From an uncultured delta proteobacterium (GTDB lineage: Bacteria > Desulfobacterota > Binatia > Binatales > Binataceae): DNA of 64,000 bases. The DNA is taken from assembly GCA_963765675.1 (NCBI GenBank), contig CAVXXK010000006.1:416001-480000 (forward strand), written 5' to 3'. Shown one piece after another: positions 39,468 to 49,863 of this stretch (the stretch's first letter is position 1; each line of letters begins with the position of its first letter). The notes under the pieces were generated by a model, which saw only the letters and a program-made list of their open reading frames with translations, ran no database searches and was not told the DNA's origin. A program made the translations under genes and the position numbers.

Positions 39468-40178
39468 ATGAGACGACAGTCAGGCTTGATCAAAACCGTA
39501 GTCGCGTTAGCCGGTGCAACGTTAGCCGTCAGCGCGCTCGGTGGATGCGCGTCCATGCGCCAGCCACGCAGTTGGGGATCGTGCGCGCTTATCGGTGCCG
39601 CGGCAGGCGCTGCGGCAGGTGCTGCATCGGGAATCGTAATCGCCGACAACAGCACGCGCGCGAACTCGTCAAGCGACGCAAGAGTTTTCTCGGGTCTCGG
39701 CGGCGCCGCGATTGGTGCGGGTCTCGGTGCGCTCGCGGGACATTACATTTGCGATCCTATAATCCAGCCGCCGCCACCACCGCCTCCGCCGCCACCGCCT
39801 CCGCCGCCTCCGCCACCGCCGCCTCCGCCACCGGTTAAGCAGAAGATCGTTCTGCGCGGCGTGCACTTCGACTTTAACAAGTCGAACATCCGCCCGGGTG
39901 ACGCTGCTGTGCTGGATGAAGCTGCGGCGACCTTGCAGTCTAACCCGAACGTCAAGATTGACGTGAACGGATACTGCGACGCGATCGGCGGCGAAGAGTA
40001 CAACCTCAAGCTGTCCGATCGACGGTCCGACGCGGTCGCGAGCTACCTTGAAGGCAAGGGAATCTCGGCCGATCGGTTGATTCCGCACGGATACGGCAAG
40101 ACCGACTTCGTCGCGCCGAATGACACCGCGGAGGGTCGTGCACAGAACCGCCGTGTCGAACTGGTGCCGCTCGACTAA
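39468..40178 (+). CDS. OmpA-family lipoprotein with glycine zipper and 22-proline linker
   Basis: LGGC lipobox, Gly-zipper, P22, VHFDFNKS, YNLKLSDRR, GRAQNRRVE. Confidence 0.93.
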   Translation: MRRQSGLIKTVVALAGATLAVSALGGCASMRQPRSWGSCALIGAAAGAAAGAASGIVIADNSTRANSSSDARVFSGLGGAAIGAGLGALAGHYICDPIIQPPPPPPPPPPPPPPPPPPPPPPVKQKIVLRGVHFDFNKSNIRPGDAAVLDEAAATLQSNPNVKIDVNGYCDAIGGEEYNLKLSDRRSDAVASYLEGKGISADRLIPHGYGKTDFVAPNDTAEGRAQNRRVELVPLD

Positions 40179-40210
40179 GGTCGCGCCACCTTCCGATTAG
40201 TAGGTCTGAA

Positions 40211-40252
40211 ACGGCCGGAGCTCCCAAGCGGAGCTCCGGCCGTACTTTTTTT
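40211..40252 (+). terminator. Intrinsic terminator after the OmpA gene
   Basis: ACGGCCGGAGCTCC/GGAGCTCCGGCCGT stem followed by a T7 tract. Confidence 0.85.
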
Positions 40253-40373
40253 CCGCCATCCGGCGCGCTTTCCTCCCAATCTGAAAAAGATTTACCCGAC
40301 AGGGGCTTCGATCGGTTCACAAATCGCGCCCGGGTACCTGACGAGGCTCGGCGAATTTGTTATATACCCGGGC

Positions 40374-41111
40374 ATGGCATCGCTACGTTTGCAGGCAATC
40401 ACCACCGCTGCGGCTCTGGCGCTGATCATTTCCGCATGGTCGCCGCTGGCGCGCGCGCAGGATCAATCGCAGGATCAGTCGGCAGGCGCTGGCGCTCCTC
40501 GCACCTATCCACCTGCCGCGATAGCACCGGACGTTACGCAGCGCGCAAATCAGGCCGCCTCGATTGCGGCTGGCGCGGCCGCAGACTCGACGCAGGGGTC
40601 TCCTAAGGCGGCATCGTCCACAGCAGCGAACCTGCAGCTTCCAAACGCGCTCGGAGGGCCGGCGGCGAATCCTTCACCGGTCGCGGCTGCGGCGCCTGCA
40701 AAGAAGACCCTGAAGGAACAGGTCAAGGCGGTGGTCAAAAGCCTGAACCCCGCGCGCCTCATGATGGACCGGCAGTACGCCAAGGCCTCGGCGGCCTTTC
40801 CGGCCTTCTGCAAAAGCTGGGAAGAGAAGCTCAAGGAACGCGAAAAGAACAATCTTGCACACATCGCGTGGCGCTTCGACAACGGGTTCGAGACCGCGCT
40901 CTATACGGGCTACAGCACGGTCGAGAGCTGCGAGTCGCATCAGTCAGCCCAGGGATTCTCGATCGGCAAGCTCAGCTACGAAGAATTTCATTATCTGATC
41001 AAGGCCAAGACGGTCGACGAGGCCAAGACCACCAAGGCAACGCCGGTGGACGATACTCACACCACCGAAATCTTCCGCTGGGACAAGGGCGCCTGGTTCG
41101 ACTTTCAGTGA
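40374..41111 (+). CDS. Secreted hypothetical protein
   Basis: Signal peptide (ARA-Q), Ala/Pro-rich linker, compact C-terminal domain with two Cys; typical codon usage. Confidence 0.75.
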   Translation: MASLRLQAITTAAALALIISAWSPLARAQDQSQDQSAGAGAPRTYPPAAIAPDVTQRANQAASIAAGAAADSTQGSPKAASSTAANLQLPNALGGPAANPSPVAAAAPAKKTLKEQVKAVVKSLNPARLMMDRQYAKASAAFPAFCKSWEEKLKEREKNNLAHIAWRFDNGFETALYTGYSTVESCESHQSAQGFSIGKLSYEEFHYLIKAKTVDEAKTTKATPVDDTHTTEIFRWDKGAWFDFQ

Positions 41112-41210
41112 TCGGGATTAGCCACGTCGCCCAATAGCAAATGACCCGGGCGACGCCGGTTCTCATAAAAGCTTTTATCGAATTGGCCGCCGTCTCGGCG
41201 GCCTCTTCTT

Positions 41211-42038
41211 TCAGGCGACCGGCGCGATACCCCAATTGATCGCGTTGCGCAAAAGCCGTCCGAAGGCATCGGTCTCCCACGCTCCGCGGAATTCGAGCGG
41301 CGTCTTGCCTGCCGGATCGATACTCGCGTCGACGAACGGCTGCACATTGGTGTATCGCGAATGGCAATGGCCCAGCGCCACATATGCGACCGCGCCGGCG
41401 CCAACCTTGCGCGTGAAGCCGAGCGCGCGAGTCTTTCCATCGGACAGCAACGAGGTGTCGCTATCGTAAACGAATCCGAAATTCGGCGCGGGATTCTTCG
41501 CAAGCTCCGTGGTGAGAAAGATCTCACTATGCGCCGGATCCTGCAGCTCGATCATGTAGAGCTCATCCATCACCTCGAAAGACGTCGGCAGACCTGCGGC
41601 GAGCGGATTCTCCTGCGCCACCTTCACGCGAAACTTCCGCGCGGGTGGATGATTCAAAAAGAACGCGCCGAGCGTCGCATGATGCGGCATCTTCACCATC
41701 TTGCGCACCCGCCGCGACTCGCCGACGGGAGCCGCCTTCCCGCCGCTCGTGCCGTGCAGCGCGAACCATCGTCCTCCCGCTTCGAGCCACTGCTTGAGCG
41801 CGGCGTTGCCGTCCTCATCGGGATAAGGACCAGCCGCGTAGGTGATGAGAAATCGCGAGGTCTCGAGCCATCGCGCGATATCGCGGTAATCGCTCGAGAC
41901 GGTGACTCGCGCGCGCGGCGTCTCGTGCAGCACTTCGAGCAGCTTGAGCCGCACATAGTCCATGTCGTGTCCGGCAGGCTCTCCGGGCGGAAAGCCGCCG
42001 ACCACCAGATGCACGCGGATCGGCTTGTCATCACTCAT
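41211..42038 (-). CDS. ThuA-like domain protein
   Basis: GHDMDY, GGRWFALHG, FLNHPP, DELY, YVALGH. Start placed at 42038; the longer track ORF extends over the upstream gene. Confidence 0.8.
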   Translation of the reverse strand: MSDDKPIRVHLVVGGFPPGEPAGHDMDYVRLKLLEVLHETPRARVTVSSDYRDIARWLETSRFLITYAAGPYPDEDGNAALKQWLEAGGRWFALHGTSGGKAAPVGESRRVRKMVKMPHHATLGAFFLNHPPARKFRVKVAQENPLAAGLPTSFEVMDELYMIELQDPAHSEIFLTTELAKNPAPNFGFVYDSDTSLLSDGKTRALGFTRKVGAGAVAYVALGHCHSRYTNVQPFVDASIDPAGKTPLEFRGAWETDAFGRLLRNAINWGIAPVA

Positions 42039-42070
42039 CGCTGGCGTCCCTTGTTTATCGACAACGGCGA

Positions 42071-43318
42071 TCAGTTCAACTCCTTGTTGCCATAGCCGAG
42101 GACGCGGCGGGCGACGATCAGCATGTTGATCTGCTGCGTGCCCTCGAAGATGTCGTTGATCTTCGCGTCGCGCATCCATTTCTCGACCAGCAACTTGCGC
42201 GAGTATCCGAGCGGTCCCAATATCTCGACCGCCTTCTGCGTGATCTGCGTGACCACCAGCCCCGCTTTCGCTTTCGCCATCGAGGCCTCGAGGTTGTTGC
42301 GCTTGCCGGTATCGAGCATCCACGCGGCCCGCCAGGTCAACAGGCGCGCGGCCTTGAGCTGCACCTCCATGTCCATGAAGTCGCGCTCGATCGCGGTCAG
42401 GCGCCGCGGCGAGATGCCGTAGCGCACCGGCACCTTGTTCTCGCGCAGGAACTCGCGGATAAAATCCAGCGCGGCGCGTCCTACTCCGATCGCCATCGCG
42501 GCGACGATCGGGCGGGTCGCGTCGAAGGTCGCCATCGCGTCCTTGAAGCCGCCGTCCTTGCGCACCTCCGCGCTTCCGAGCAGATGATCCAGAGGCACGC
42601 GGCAATTGTCGAAGATAATCATCGCGGTGTCCGAGGCGCGGATTCCGAGCTTGTTCTCGACTCGCGAGACCTGCATCCCGGGCGCTCCGCGCTCGACCAC
42701 GAATGATTTTATTCCCGCGCGTCCGGCGCTCTTGTCGACCGTGGCCCACACGACTACGAATCCGTCCGACTTCTCGACTGCGCGCTGTCCACCGGTGCAG
42801 AAAATCTTGGTGCCGTTGATCACCCAATGGTCGCCGTCGCGAGTCGCTGTGGTCTGGATCGCGGCCGAGTCCGAGCCGCACGCGGCCTCGGTTATCGCCA
42901 TCGCGCCCCACTTGGGCTCGCCTTCGCTGAAGCGCTTAAGGAACCGCGCCTTCTGCTCGGAGGTCCCCGCCGCCATCACCGCGGCGCCGCCAAGTCCGCT
43001 GTTCGGAGTCGAAAGGAACAGGCCCGCGTCGCCCCAGCAGAGCTCTTCGGTCGTCGCGCAGGTGAGTAGATTCCGAAGCTTGGGTGCGGAAGGCTTCGCG
43101 TCGCGCGCGCCGTCCTTTTTTTGGTCTCTTTTTATATCTCCGCCCGGCGCGACGTCGGCGAGCGATTGCGCCTGCCACATCGTCTGGAAGAACTGATCGG
43201 GATCCTCGTGCTCGCGTTCGTCGTACTCGCGCGAGATCGGGCGCATCACGTTCTCGGCGACCATGTGGTACATCTTGAGCCGTTCGATCACCTGCGGTTC
43301 GAGTTCAAAATCGATCAT
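42071..43318 (-). CDS. Acyl-CoA dehydrogenase (FadE23-like, catalytic Glu present)
   Basis: EELCWGDAG, MAITE..GSD, NGTKIF, KLGIRASDT, EKWMRDAKINDIFEGTQQI. Confidence 0.92.
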   Translation of the reverse strand: MIDFELEPQVIERLKMYHMVAENVMRPISREYDEREHEDPDQFFQTMWQAQSLADVAPGGDIKRDQKKDGARDAKPSAPKLRNLLTCATTEELCWGDAGLFLSTPNSGLGGAAVMAAGTSEQKARFLKRFSEGEPKWGAMAITEAACGSDSAAIQTTATRDGDHWVINGTKIFCTGGQRAVEKSDGFVVVWATVDKSAGRAGIKSFVVERGAPGMQVSRVENKLGIRASDTAMIIFDNCRVPLDHLLGSAEVRKDGGFKDAMATFDATRPIVAAMAIGVGRAALDFIREFLRENKVPVRYGISPRRLTAIERDFMDMEVQLKAARLLTWRAAWMLDTGKRNNLEASMAKAKAGLVVTQITQKAVEILGPLGYSRKLLVEKWMRDAKINDIFEGTQQINMLIVARRVLGYGNKELN

Positions 43319-43350
43319 GATTGATTCTCCGCGCGATTAGTTCCTGCGAG

Positions 43351-44460
43351 TTAAACCGTGGCGACTGCGTCGAGCGCGGAAAATCCGCGCGCGTTGCGAA
43401 ACCACATCTCGACCGGATGCTCCCGGATATAGCCGTGGCCACCCAGAGCCTGCACCGCGTTGTCGGCAACGCGCAGCGCGCTCGCCGCGGCGTAATTTTT
43501 GGCTAGATAACTTTCCTCGAGCGCGTCAGCGCCCTTGTCCAGGTGCGCGGCGGCTTCCCACAACAGCAGCCGGGCAGCGTCGATCTCGATCGCCATATCG
43601 GCGATCATGAACGCGATCGCCTGTTTGGTCGCGATCGGCACGCCGAACGCCTTGCGTTCCTTGGCGTAGTCGCGCGCGTACTCGAACGCCGCGCGCATCA
43701 CGCCCACCGCCATCGCACCCAGCCCGACGCGCGACTCGCTCATCAGGCGCGAGAAATTGATTCCCTTGTCGCCGCCCACGCGCGCGTCGGCGCCGAGCTT
43801 CACGTCTTTGAGCTGGATCTCATAAGTGGCCAGCGCCTTGAGGCCCATGCTCTGTTCGCGCTCGCCGACCGATACTCCTGCCGTGGTGCGCGGCACGATA
43901 AACGCCTCGACGCCGGTAAAGCCCTCGCCCGCTCCGCTTTTCGCGTACACGAGGATCGTCTCCGACTCCGCCGCGATGGGCACCCCGCATTTCACGCCGG
44001 AGAGAATCCAGCTCGCGCCGTCGCGTTTCGCCGTGGTCTGGAGATCGGTCAGACCGAAGTCCCATCGCGGCTCCATCACGGCCGCCGTCGCGGCGACAAA
44101 TTCGGCTGCCGCCAGCGGCATCAAGACTTTGGCTTTCTGCGCCTCGGTACCCATCTCAAGCACCGGATAGGCTAGCAGGCGCGGCGCGAGGCTGTGGATC
44201 CCGATCGCCAGGTCACCGTAGCCGAGCTCTTCGGCGACGATCGCGCCGGTCACGGCGGAACGTTCACCGCCGTCGCCGCCGAAGCTCTCCGGGATCGCGC
44301 CGCGGACCAGGCCGAGCTCCGCGATCTTCGCGATCAGGGCGGCGGGAATCTTTCCGCTCTCGTCGGCGGGACGCGCGGCAGGACGAATCTCTTCGCGCGC
44401 GAACGCGCCGACCAGGTCGCGGATCATCTGCTGTTCTTCGGTCAGCTCGAAGTCGATCAT
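43351..44460 (-). CDS. Acyl-CoA dehydrogenase (FadE24-like, truncated C-terminus)
   Basis: EELGYGD, ERKAFG.PIATKQAIAFM, QALGGHGYIREHPVE. Ends without the FEGT motif. Confidence 0.9.
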   Translation of the reverse strand: MIDFELTEEQQMIRDLVGAFAREEIRPAARPADESGKIPAALIAKIAELGLVRGAIPESFGGDGGERSAVTGAIVAEELGYGDLAIGIHSLAPRLLAYPVLEMGTEAQKAKVLMPLAAAEFVAATAAVMEPRWDFGLTDLQTTAKRDGASWILSGVKCGVPIAAESETILVYAKSGAGEGFTGVEAFIVPRTTAGVSVGEREQSMGLKALATYEIQLKDVKLGADARVGGDKGINFSRLMSESRVGLGAMAVGVMRAAFEYARDYAKERKAFGVPIATKQAIAFMIADMAIEIDAARLLLWEAAAHLDKGADALEESYLAKNYAAASALRVADNAVQALGGHGYIREHPVEMWFRNARGFSALDAVATV

Positions 44461-44503
44461 GCGCTTTGCAAATTCCTCATTTGGAGAATTCTAATCTATT
44501 ACT

Positions 44504-45613
44504 TTAGTTTTTGATTTCGACCGGCGCGCCGCGCCTCGCGGATTCATACGCCGCTTCCACCAGCCGCTGCGCTTTCACGCCTTCGCCGAAGCCCGGATCG
44601 ATCTCGCATGCTCCCCGCAGCCCAGCGATAAAAGTTGCGTCTTCGAGCGCGTATCCGACCGCGAACCAGTCCTTCATCGGCGCGAGATATGGCCGCTCGC
44701 GGAGCAGGATTTCCGAGAAGCGCGTCATCACCTCGATCTCCGCAATCGTTTCTTCGCGCTCAGCATCGCCGCGCTGAACAATGATTGGCCCGGTCGAGTC
44801 GCTGTCGCAAGCGATGAACAGGTTCTCGCAAAAGACCTCGAGGCGCCGGTTGCTTGGCCGATGCGTCACGTGATGCCACACCGAGGTGTGCTGCACCTGA
44901 TGCCCGCCCGCGAATTCGAGCTGGCTCGCGGCGAAGTCTTCGACTCCGGGCGCGCCGTGCAGATTGCGGGTGCGGCAATAGATGCGGTTCACGCGCCCGA
45001 ACATCCAGGTCAGGATGTCAAAGTCGTGGACCGAATGCTCGATCAGCGTGCCGCCGGCCGTTACCGCGGGATCGTTGCGCCACGGACTCGGATGCGCTCC
45101 GCGAATCGGAAAATCCTGATCATCGCGCATCGTGACCGCGATCAACGCGCCCGCTTCCGGCTCACGGATCATCTCGCGGATTACGGCATAGACCGGAGAA
45201 AAGCGCATCACGAGACCGACCTGACTCTGGACGCCCGCCGCTTCGAGTGCGCGATGCATCGCATCGGCGTGGTCCGCGGTCATCGCAAGCGGCTTCTCGC
45301 AGAAGACGTGTTTGCCCGCGCGCGCTGCCGCGATACAGACCTCGCGATGCATCGCGGTGGGAGTGCAGATCCACACCGCGTCGATCGCGGGGTCGTTGAT
45401 AATCTCGTCGGCGGAAGAAAGCGCGTGCGCACCGGGCCATCGCGCTGCCAGGCTCTCGGCCGCGGCGGGCGCGATGTCGGCGACAGCGGTGACGCGCGCG
45501 CTGCCGTCGCTGCGATCGGCGATCTTGCGCAGCATCATCGAGTGAAGGTGCCCGATGAGGCCCGCGCCGATAAGTCCGATGCGCACTTGTCCGGTGATGG
45601 GCTTGGCGATCAT
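44504..45613 (-). CDS. Gfo/Idh/MocA family oxidoreductase
   Basis: IGLIGAGLIG, DAVWICTPT, KHVFCEKPLA, GGTLIEHSVHDFD. Confidence 0.92.
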   Translation of the reverse strand: MIAKPITGQVRIGLIGAGLIGHLHSMMLRKIADRSDGSARVTAVADIAPAAAESLAARWPGAHALSSADEIINDPAIDAVWICTPTAMHREVCIAAARAGKHVFCEKPLAMTADHADAMHRALEAAGVQSQVGLVMRFSPVYAVIREMIREPEAGALIAVTMRDDQDFPIRGAHPSPWRNDPAVTAGGTLIEHSVHDFDILTWMFGRVNRIYCRTRNLHGAPGVEDFAASQLEFAGGHQVQHTSVWHHVTHRPSNRRLEVFCENLFIACDSDSTGPIIVQRGDAEREETIAEIEVMTRFSEILLRERPYLAPMKDWFAVGYALEDATFIAGLRGACEIDPGFGEGVKAQRLVEAAYESARRGAPVEIKN

Positions 45614-45786
45614 TCCTGCTCTTCGTCCGACTTTTCCATCTCGGCCTGGCGGCGCAGGCGTTCGCGCTCGCGCGGACGATCGTATTTCTTCGGGTCGGCT
45701 TCGACACGCGCGGGCGGCGCCATCGGCTTGCGCAGGCGCGCGATGAGCCGCTTCTTTGCGGGCCGTTTTTTACCTCGCGCCGCCAT
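45610..45786 (-). CDS. Small basic hypothetical protein (58 aa, below ORF-track cut-off)
   Basis: MAARGKKRPAKKRLIARLRKPMAPPARVEADPKKYDRPRERERLRRQAEMEKSDEEQE*; fills the gap after pgeF and its stop overlaps the next ATG. Confidence 0.65.
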   Translation of the reverse strand: MAARGKKRPAKKRLIARLRKPMAPPARVEADPKKYDRPRERERLRRQAEMEKSDEEQE

Positions 45787-45802
45787 TTCTTAAACCTTTA
45801 CT

Positions 45803-46603
45803 TTAATCCTGTGCGAATCCAACGAAGCTGAGCTGCAATCCCGTCACCGCGCCGCCGGCCGCACGCCGGGAGAAATATCGGTCGGGAGCGCATCGCGTGC
45901 ACGGACCGACGGACTCGATCGCGTCCGAAGCCACTCCTGCCGCGATCAATTGGTCGCGCACGATCGCGCGTAAATCAAGATAGGCTTTGCCGGGACGTCC
46001 TTCGCGCCGATGATGGGCTGTAGCCGGAATCTCCGCCGCAAAGCGGTCGGCAAGCTCGCGATCGACCTCGAAACAGCAAGGTCCGATCGACGGACCGAGC
46101 GCGGCGCGAATCGAGCCGGAAGCCGCACCGAGCGAGTTCATCGCACGAACGCTCGCTCCCGCGATTCCCGCGATCACACCACGCCATCCCGCGTGGATCG
46201 CCCCGCACACATGCTCGCGCGGAGCGCTCAGCAGGACCGGAACGCAGTCGGCCGTGAAAATTCCGAGGACGATACCCGCCTCCCGCGTGACCATCGCGTC
46301 GGCACGAGGCCGATCGTCGCAATTTGCACGCGTGACGACTAAGACTTCGTTGCCATGCACCTGGCGCAGGCGGGCGAAGGTCAGTTCCGGTGGAAGCGAG
46401 GCGCGCAGGCGGCGCCAATTTTCGGCGACGTGCGCCGGATCGTCGCCAACTAGCTCCGACAGGTTCATCGAGGCGAATGCGCCGGTGCTGACCCCGCCCT
46501 CGCGGCCCAGAAATCCGGCGGCGATCCCTGCCTCGCGCCACGGCTCGAGTCTCGGAATGGCGAAAATTTCTCGCGCGGATAATGTCTCTGAGGGATTTTG
46601 CAC
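45803..46603 (-). CDS. pgeF: PgeF/YfiH family protein (purine nucleoside phosphorylase, laccase-domain)
   Basis: GGVS, QVHG, ADAMVT, TADCVPVL, HAGWRG, GPSIGPCCFEV, CT....YFS. GTG start estimated. Confidence 0.92.
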   Translation of the reverse strand: MQNPSETLSAREIFAIPRLEPWREAGIAAGFLGREGGVSTGAFASMNLSELVGDDPAHVAENWRRLRASLPPELTFARLRQVHGNEVLVVTRANCDDRPRADAMVTREAGIVLGIFTADCVPVLLSAPREHVCGAIHAGWRGVIAGIAGASVRAMNSLGAASGSIRAALGPSIGPCCFEVDRELADRFAAEIPATAHHRREGRPGKAYLDLRAIVRDQLIAAGVASDAIESVGPCTRCAPDRYFSRRAAGGAVTGLQLSFVGFAQD

Positions 46604-46678
46604 GTGCGTGGGTTGTTGGTTCAGCGAAGGATAACCTATAATTCTGATCTTTGGAATTTGCGCTTTTGGAGCGCCTAT

Positions 46679-46900
46679 ATGGACGGCTATCAATACCTTA
46701 TCGCCCGCAACCGCCTGATGCAGTCGCTCGAGGACGCGATTGGCCGCCTCGGCGCCGAACCGTCGCCCGATCGCGACGCCGAGAAGCGCCGCCTCGAAGC
46801 GGTGTTCGACGTGCAACTGCGCGAGCTGTATTCGCAGATGTCCGATGAGTACCCCGGCGAGCGCAAGAAGAAAGCCCGGCCGCTTGTCGATCCTACCTGA
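46679..46900 (+). CDS. Small helical hypothetical protein upstream of uvrA
   Basis: 73 aa, GGAG RBS, typical codon usage, ends 15 bp before uvrA. Confidence 0.65.
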   Translation: MDGYQYLIARNRLMQSLEDAIGRLGAEPSPDRDAEKRRLEAVFDVQLRELYSQMSDEYPGERKKKARPLVDPT

Positions 46901-46915
46901 ACTCTGGAAATCAGC

Positions 46916-49807
46916 TTGGACCGCTCGATCAGTATCCGCGGCGCGCGCACTCACAACCTGGCGAATATTTCGCTCGAACTTCCGCGCGACAAGCTCACCG
47001 TGGTTACGGGAGTTTCGGGCTCGGGCAAGTCGAGCCTGGTGTTCGACACGCTCTATGCCGAGGGCCAGCGTCGCTACGTGCAGAGCCTGTCGACATATGC
47101 GCGGCTGTTCCTGGCGCGGATGGACCGGCCCGACGTCGATTCGATCACGCAGATTCCGCCCGCGCTTGCGCTGCGGCAAAAGAACACGATCAAGAACGCG
47201 CGCTCGACGGTCGGCACCGTCACGGAGATCAGCGACTACCTGCGGCTGCTGTTCGCGACCGTCGGCCGCACGATTTGCCCGCATTGCAATCTGGAAGTCG
47301 CGCGCGATTCCGTGCAGAGCGCATGCGCGCGCGTGCTCGACGCCCCCGGGATGTACCTGTTCCTCGCGCCGTTCGACGCCGGATCGCGCACGCTGGCCGA
47401 CGCGGCGAATTATCTGATCCAGAACGGGTACCATCGCATTTTCGATTCCGGCGCGATCGCGGAGACGGTCGAGTTCGCCGAAGGACGGCGCACGCTCGAC
47501 AGCCCCGACGTCGCGCTCACGGTAGTCGTCGATCGGCTGTCGGTCACCGGCGCGGCCGAGTCGGAACGCGTGCGCGAGGCGCTGGAGAAATCTTTCTATC
47601 TTGGCGGCGGACGCGCGCGAGTGGTCCGCGTCGAGCGCGACAACGGCGACATGCGCTCGGTCGCGAGCTTCGATTTCGACCGCCGGTTCAACTGCTCGAA
47701 ATGCGGCCGTTCCTACCCGGAGCCAACACCTGCCTTGTTCTCGTCCAACAGTCCGATAGGAGCGTGTCCCGAATGCGAGGGCTTCGGCCGCACCGTCGAG
47801 CTCGATCTCGAGAAGGTGATTCCGAATCCGAATCTGTCGCTGCGCCAGGGATTGATCGCGCCGTGGCGCACGCCGGCCTATCGCGAGATGAACGAGTGGA
47901 TGCTGAAGCTGGCGAGACGGCGCAAGGTTCGCACCGCGGTTTCGTTTCGCGAGATGAATGCCGAAGAGCGCGGATGGCTGATGAACGGCGACGAGGGTCC
48001 GCGCGAAAAATGGGATCCGGAGAAATGGCCCGGCGTGCTCGGATTCTTCAAATGGCTCGAAGGGCGGCGCTACAAGACTCACGTCCGGATTCTGCTCGCG
48101 AAGTATCGCCGCTTCGTCACCTGCCCCGCGTGCGCAGGCGCCAAGCTCAAGGCCGAGGCGCTGAACGTGAAGGTCGGTGACAGCTCGATCGCCGACGTCG
48201 GCCGGCTCGCGGTGCGCGACCTCGGCGGATGGCTCGGCGAAATCGCGCGCGGCAAGCGCGCCGCCACGCGCGCCGCGGTCGTGATGCGCGAGTTGCGCAA
48301 CCGCATCAATTATTTGACCGAGGTCGGCTTGGGCTACCTGACGCTCGAACGGCAGGCGCGCACACTCTCGGGCGGGGAGGCGCAGCGAATTCATCTGGCG
48401 AGTGCGCTCGGCTCGATCCTGATCGGCACGCTCTACGCGCTCGACGAGCCGACCGTTGGACTCCACGCCAGCGACGCGCGCCGCCTGCTCGCCGTGCTGC
48501 GGCATCTGCGCGACTTCGGCAACACGGTGGTGGTCGTCGAGCATGACGCAGCAATTATCGAGGGCGCCGACTTCGTGGTCGAGCTTGGACCCGGCGGCGG
48601 GAGTGAAGGCGGCCGCCTGATTCATGCGGGGGCTCCCGCGGGCGTGAAGCTCGCGAGCATGGCGTCGTCAGCCGGGCGCGTCCTGCTGATGCGCACGATC
48701 GCGCGCGAGCGGCGCTTCTCGCGGCGCGACCCCGCGATCCGCGTGCGCGGAGCGCGCGAGCACAATCTGGCGGGCGTCGACGCGATGATCCCGCTCGGGG
48801 CGATGACCTGCGTCACCGGAGTTTCGGGCTCGGGCAAATCCTCGCTGGTCGAGGATGTGATCTACAACAACTGGCTGCGGCGCAGTGGGCAATCGACGGA
48901 GGCCGGCGCATGCGATCGGATCGAAGGCTTTGAGCAGATCGGCGAGATGGTGCATATGGGGCAGGAGCTGCCGACGCGCTCGATGCGCTCGAATCCGGCG
49001 ACCTATCTGAAAATCTACGACGAGATCCGCAAACTGTTCGCGGCCTCCGCCGAGGCGCGGCGGCTCGGAATCAAGCCGCGCGACTTCTCGTTCAACGTCG
49101 AGGGGGGACGCTGCGAAAAATGTTCCGGCACCGGCACCGTCACGATCGAGATGCACTTCATGGCCGACCTCGAGGTGAAGTGCGACGTATGCGACGGACG
49201 CCGCTTCCAGAGCCACATTCTCGCGATCAAGTACAACAGGCTCAACATCGACCAGGTGCTCGACCTTACCGTCGATCAGGCGCGCGGCTTTTTCAGCGGC
49301 CATCCGGGAATCGTAAAACGGCTCGATGCGCTTGCCTCGGTCGGGCTCGGCTACCTGAGGATGGGGCAGACGACCTCGACTCTGTCGGGCGGTGAGGCCC
49401 AGCGGCTCAAGCTCGCGCGCTTTCTGCTGGTGGATCTCGAGCCCGCTCCGGTTAGTGCGCAAGGCAAGCGGCTGCCCCGGATGTTCCTGCTCGACGAACC
49501 GACAACCGGGCTGAGCGCGTCCGACGTGCGCCGCCTTTTGCGGGTGCTCTCGCGCCTGACGGCGGAAGGAAACACGCTGGTGGTAATCGAGCATAACCTC
49601 GAGATGATCGCGCATGCCGACTACGTGATCGATCTAGGTCCGGGCGGTGGTGACGAGGGTGGCCGAATAGTAGCGGCGGGTTCACCACTGAAGATCGCGG
49701 CGTCCGAGAAATCAGTCACCGGCCGCGAGCTGCGCCGTTTGTTTGGACTTCCAATAAACGCAAGGCGTGGAGCAGTCCGCACCGCAATCAGCGCAGTCCA
49801 GGCCTAG
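46916..49807 (+). CDS. uvrA: Excinuclease ABC subunit A (divergent UvrA)
   Basis: Two [11 protein letters not shown] Walker A, two LSGGEAQR signatures, LDEPT, zinc fingers, [10 protein letters not shown]. Confidence 0.95.
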   Translation: MDRSISIRGARTHNLANISLELPRDKLTVVTGVSGSGKSSLVFDTLYAEGQRRYVQSLSTYARLFLARMDRPDVDSITQIPPALALRQKNTIKNARSTVGTVTEISDYLRLLFATVGRTICPHCNLEVARDSVQSACARVLDAPGMYLFLAPFDAGSRTLADAANYLIQNGYHRIFDSGAIAETVEFAEGRRTLDSPDVALTVVVDRLSVTGAAESERVREALEKSFYLGGGRARVVRVERDNGDMRSVASFDFDRRFNCSKCGRSYPEPTPALFSSNSPIGACPECEGFGRTVELDLEKVIPNPNLSLRQGLIAPWRTPAYREMNEWMLKLARRRKVRTAVSFREMNAEERGWLMNGDEGPREKWDPEKWPGVLGFFKWLEGRRYKTHVRILLAKYRRFVTCPACAGAKLKAEALNVKVGDSSIADVGRLAVRDLGGWLGEIARGKRAATRAAVVMRELRNRINYLTEVGLGYLTLERQARTLSGGEAQRIHLASALGSILIGTLYALDEPTVGLHASDARRLLAVLRHLRDFGNTVVVVEHDAAIIEGADFVVELGPGGGSEGGRLIHAGAPAGVKLASMASSAGRVLLMRTIARERRFSRRDPAIRVRGAREHNLAGVDAMIPLGAMTCVTGVSGSGKSSLVEDVIYNNWLRRSGQSTEAGACDRIEGFEQIGEMVHMGQELPTRSMRSNPATYLKIYDEIRKLFAASAEARRLGIKPRDFSFNVEGGRCEKCSGTGTVTIEMHFMADLEVKCDVCDGRRFQSHILAIKYNRLNIDQVLDLTVDQARGFFSGHPGIVKRLDALASVGLGYLRMGQTTSTLSGGEAQRLKLARFLLVDLEPAPVSAQGKRLPRMFLLDEPTTGLSASDVRRLLRVLSRLTAEGNTLVVIEHNLEMIAHADYVIDLGPGGGDEGGRIVAAGSPLKIAASEKSVTGRELRRLFGLPINARRGAVRTAISAVQA

Positions 49808-49863
49808 CGCGGCGCTCGCGGGCGCACGACGCGATATGTCAGACTGAGCATGGAGATCGATCG

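Noticed and set aside
42039-42911. 566-aa ORF suggesting a long ThuA fusion
   Set aside because: The upstream part is an alternate frame of the acyl-CoA dehydrogenase; the real gene starts at 42038.
46604-48625. 940-aa ORF suggesting a giant PgeF fusion
   Set aside because: The extension is the antisense shadow of uvrA; only the last ~266 aa are PgeF.
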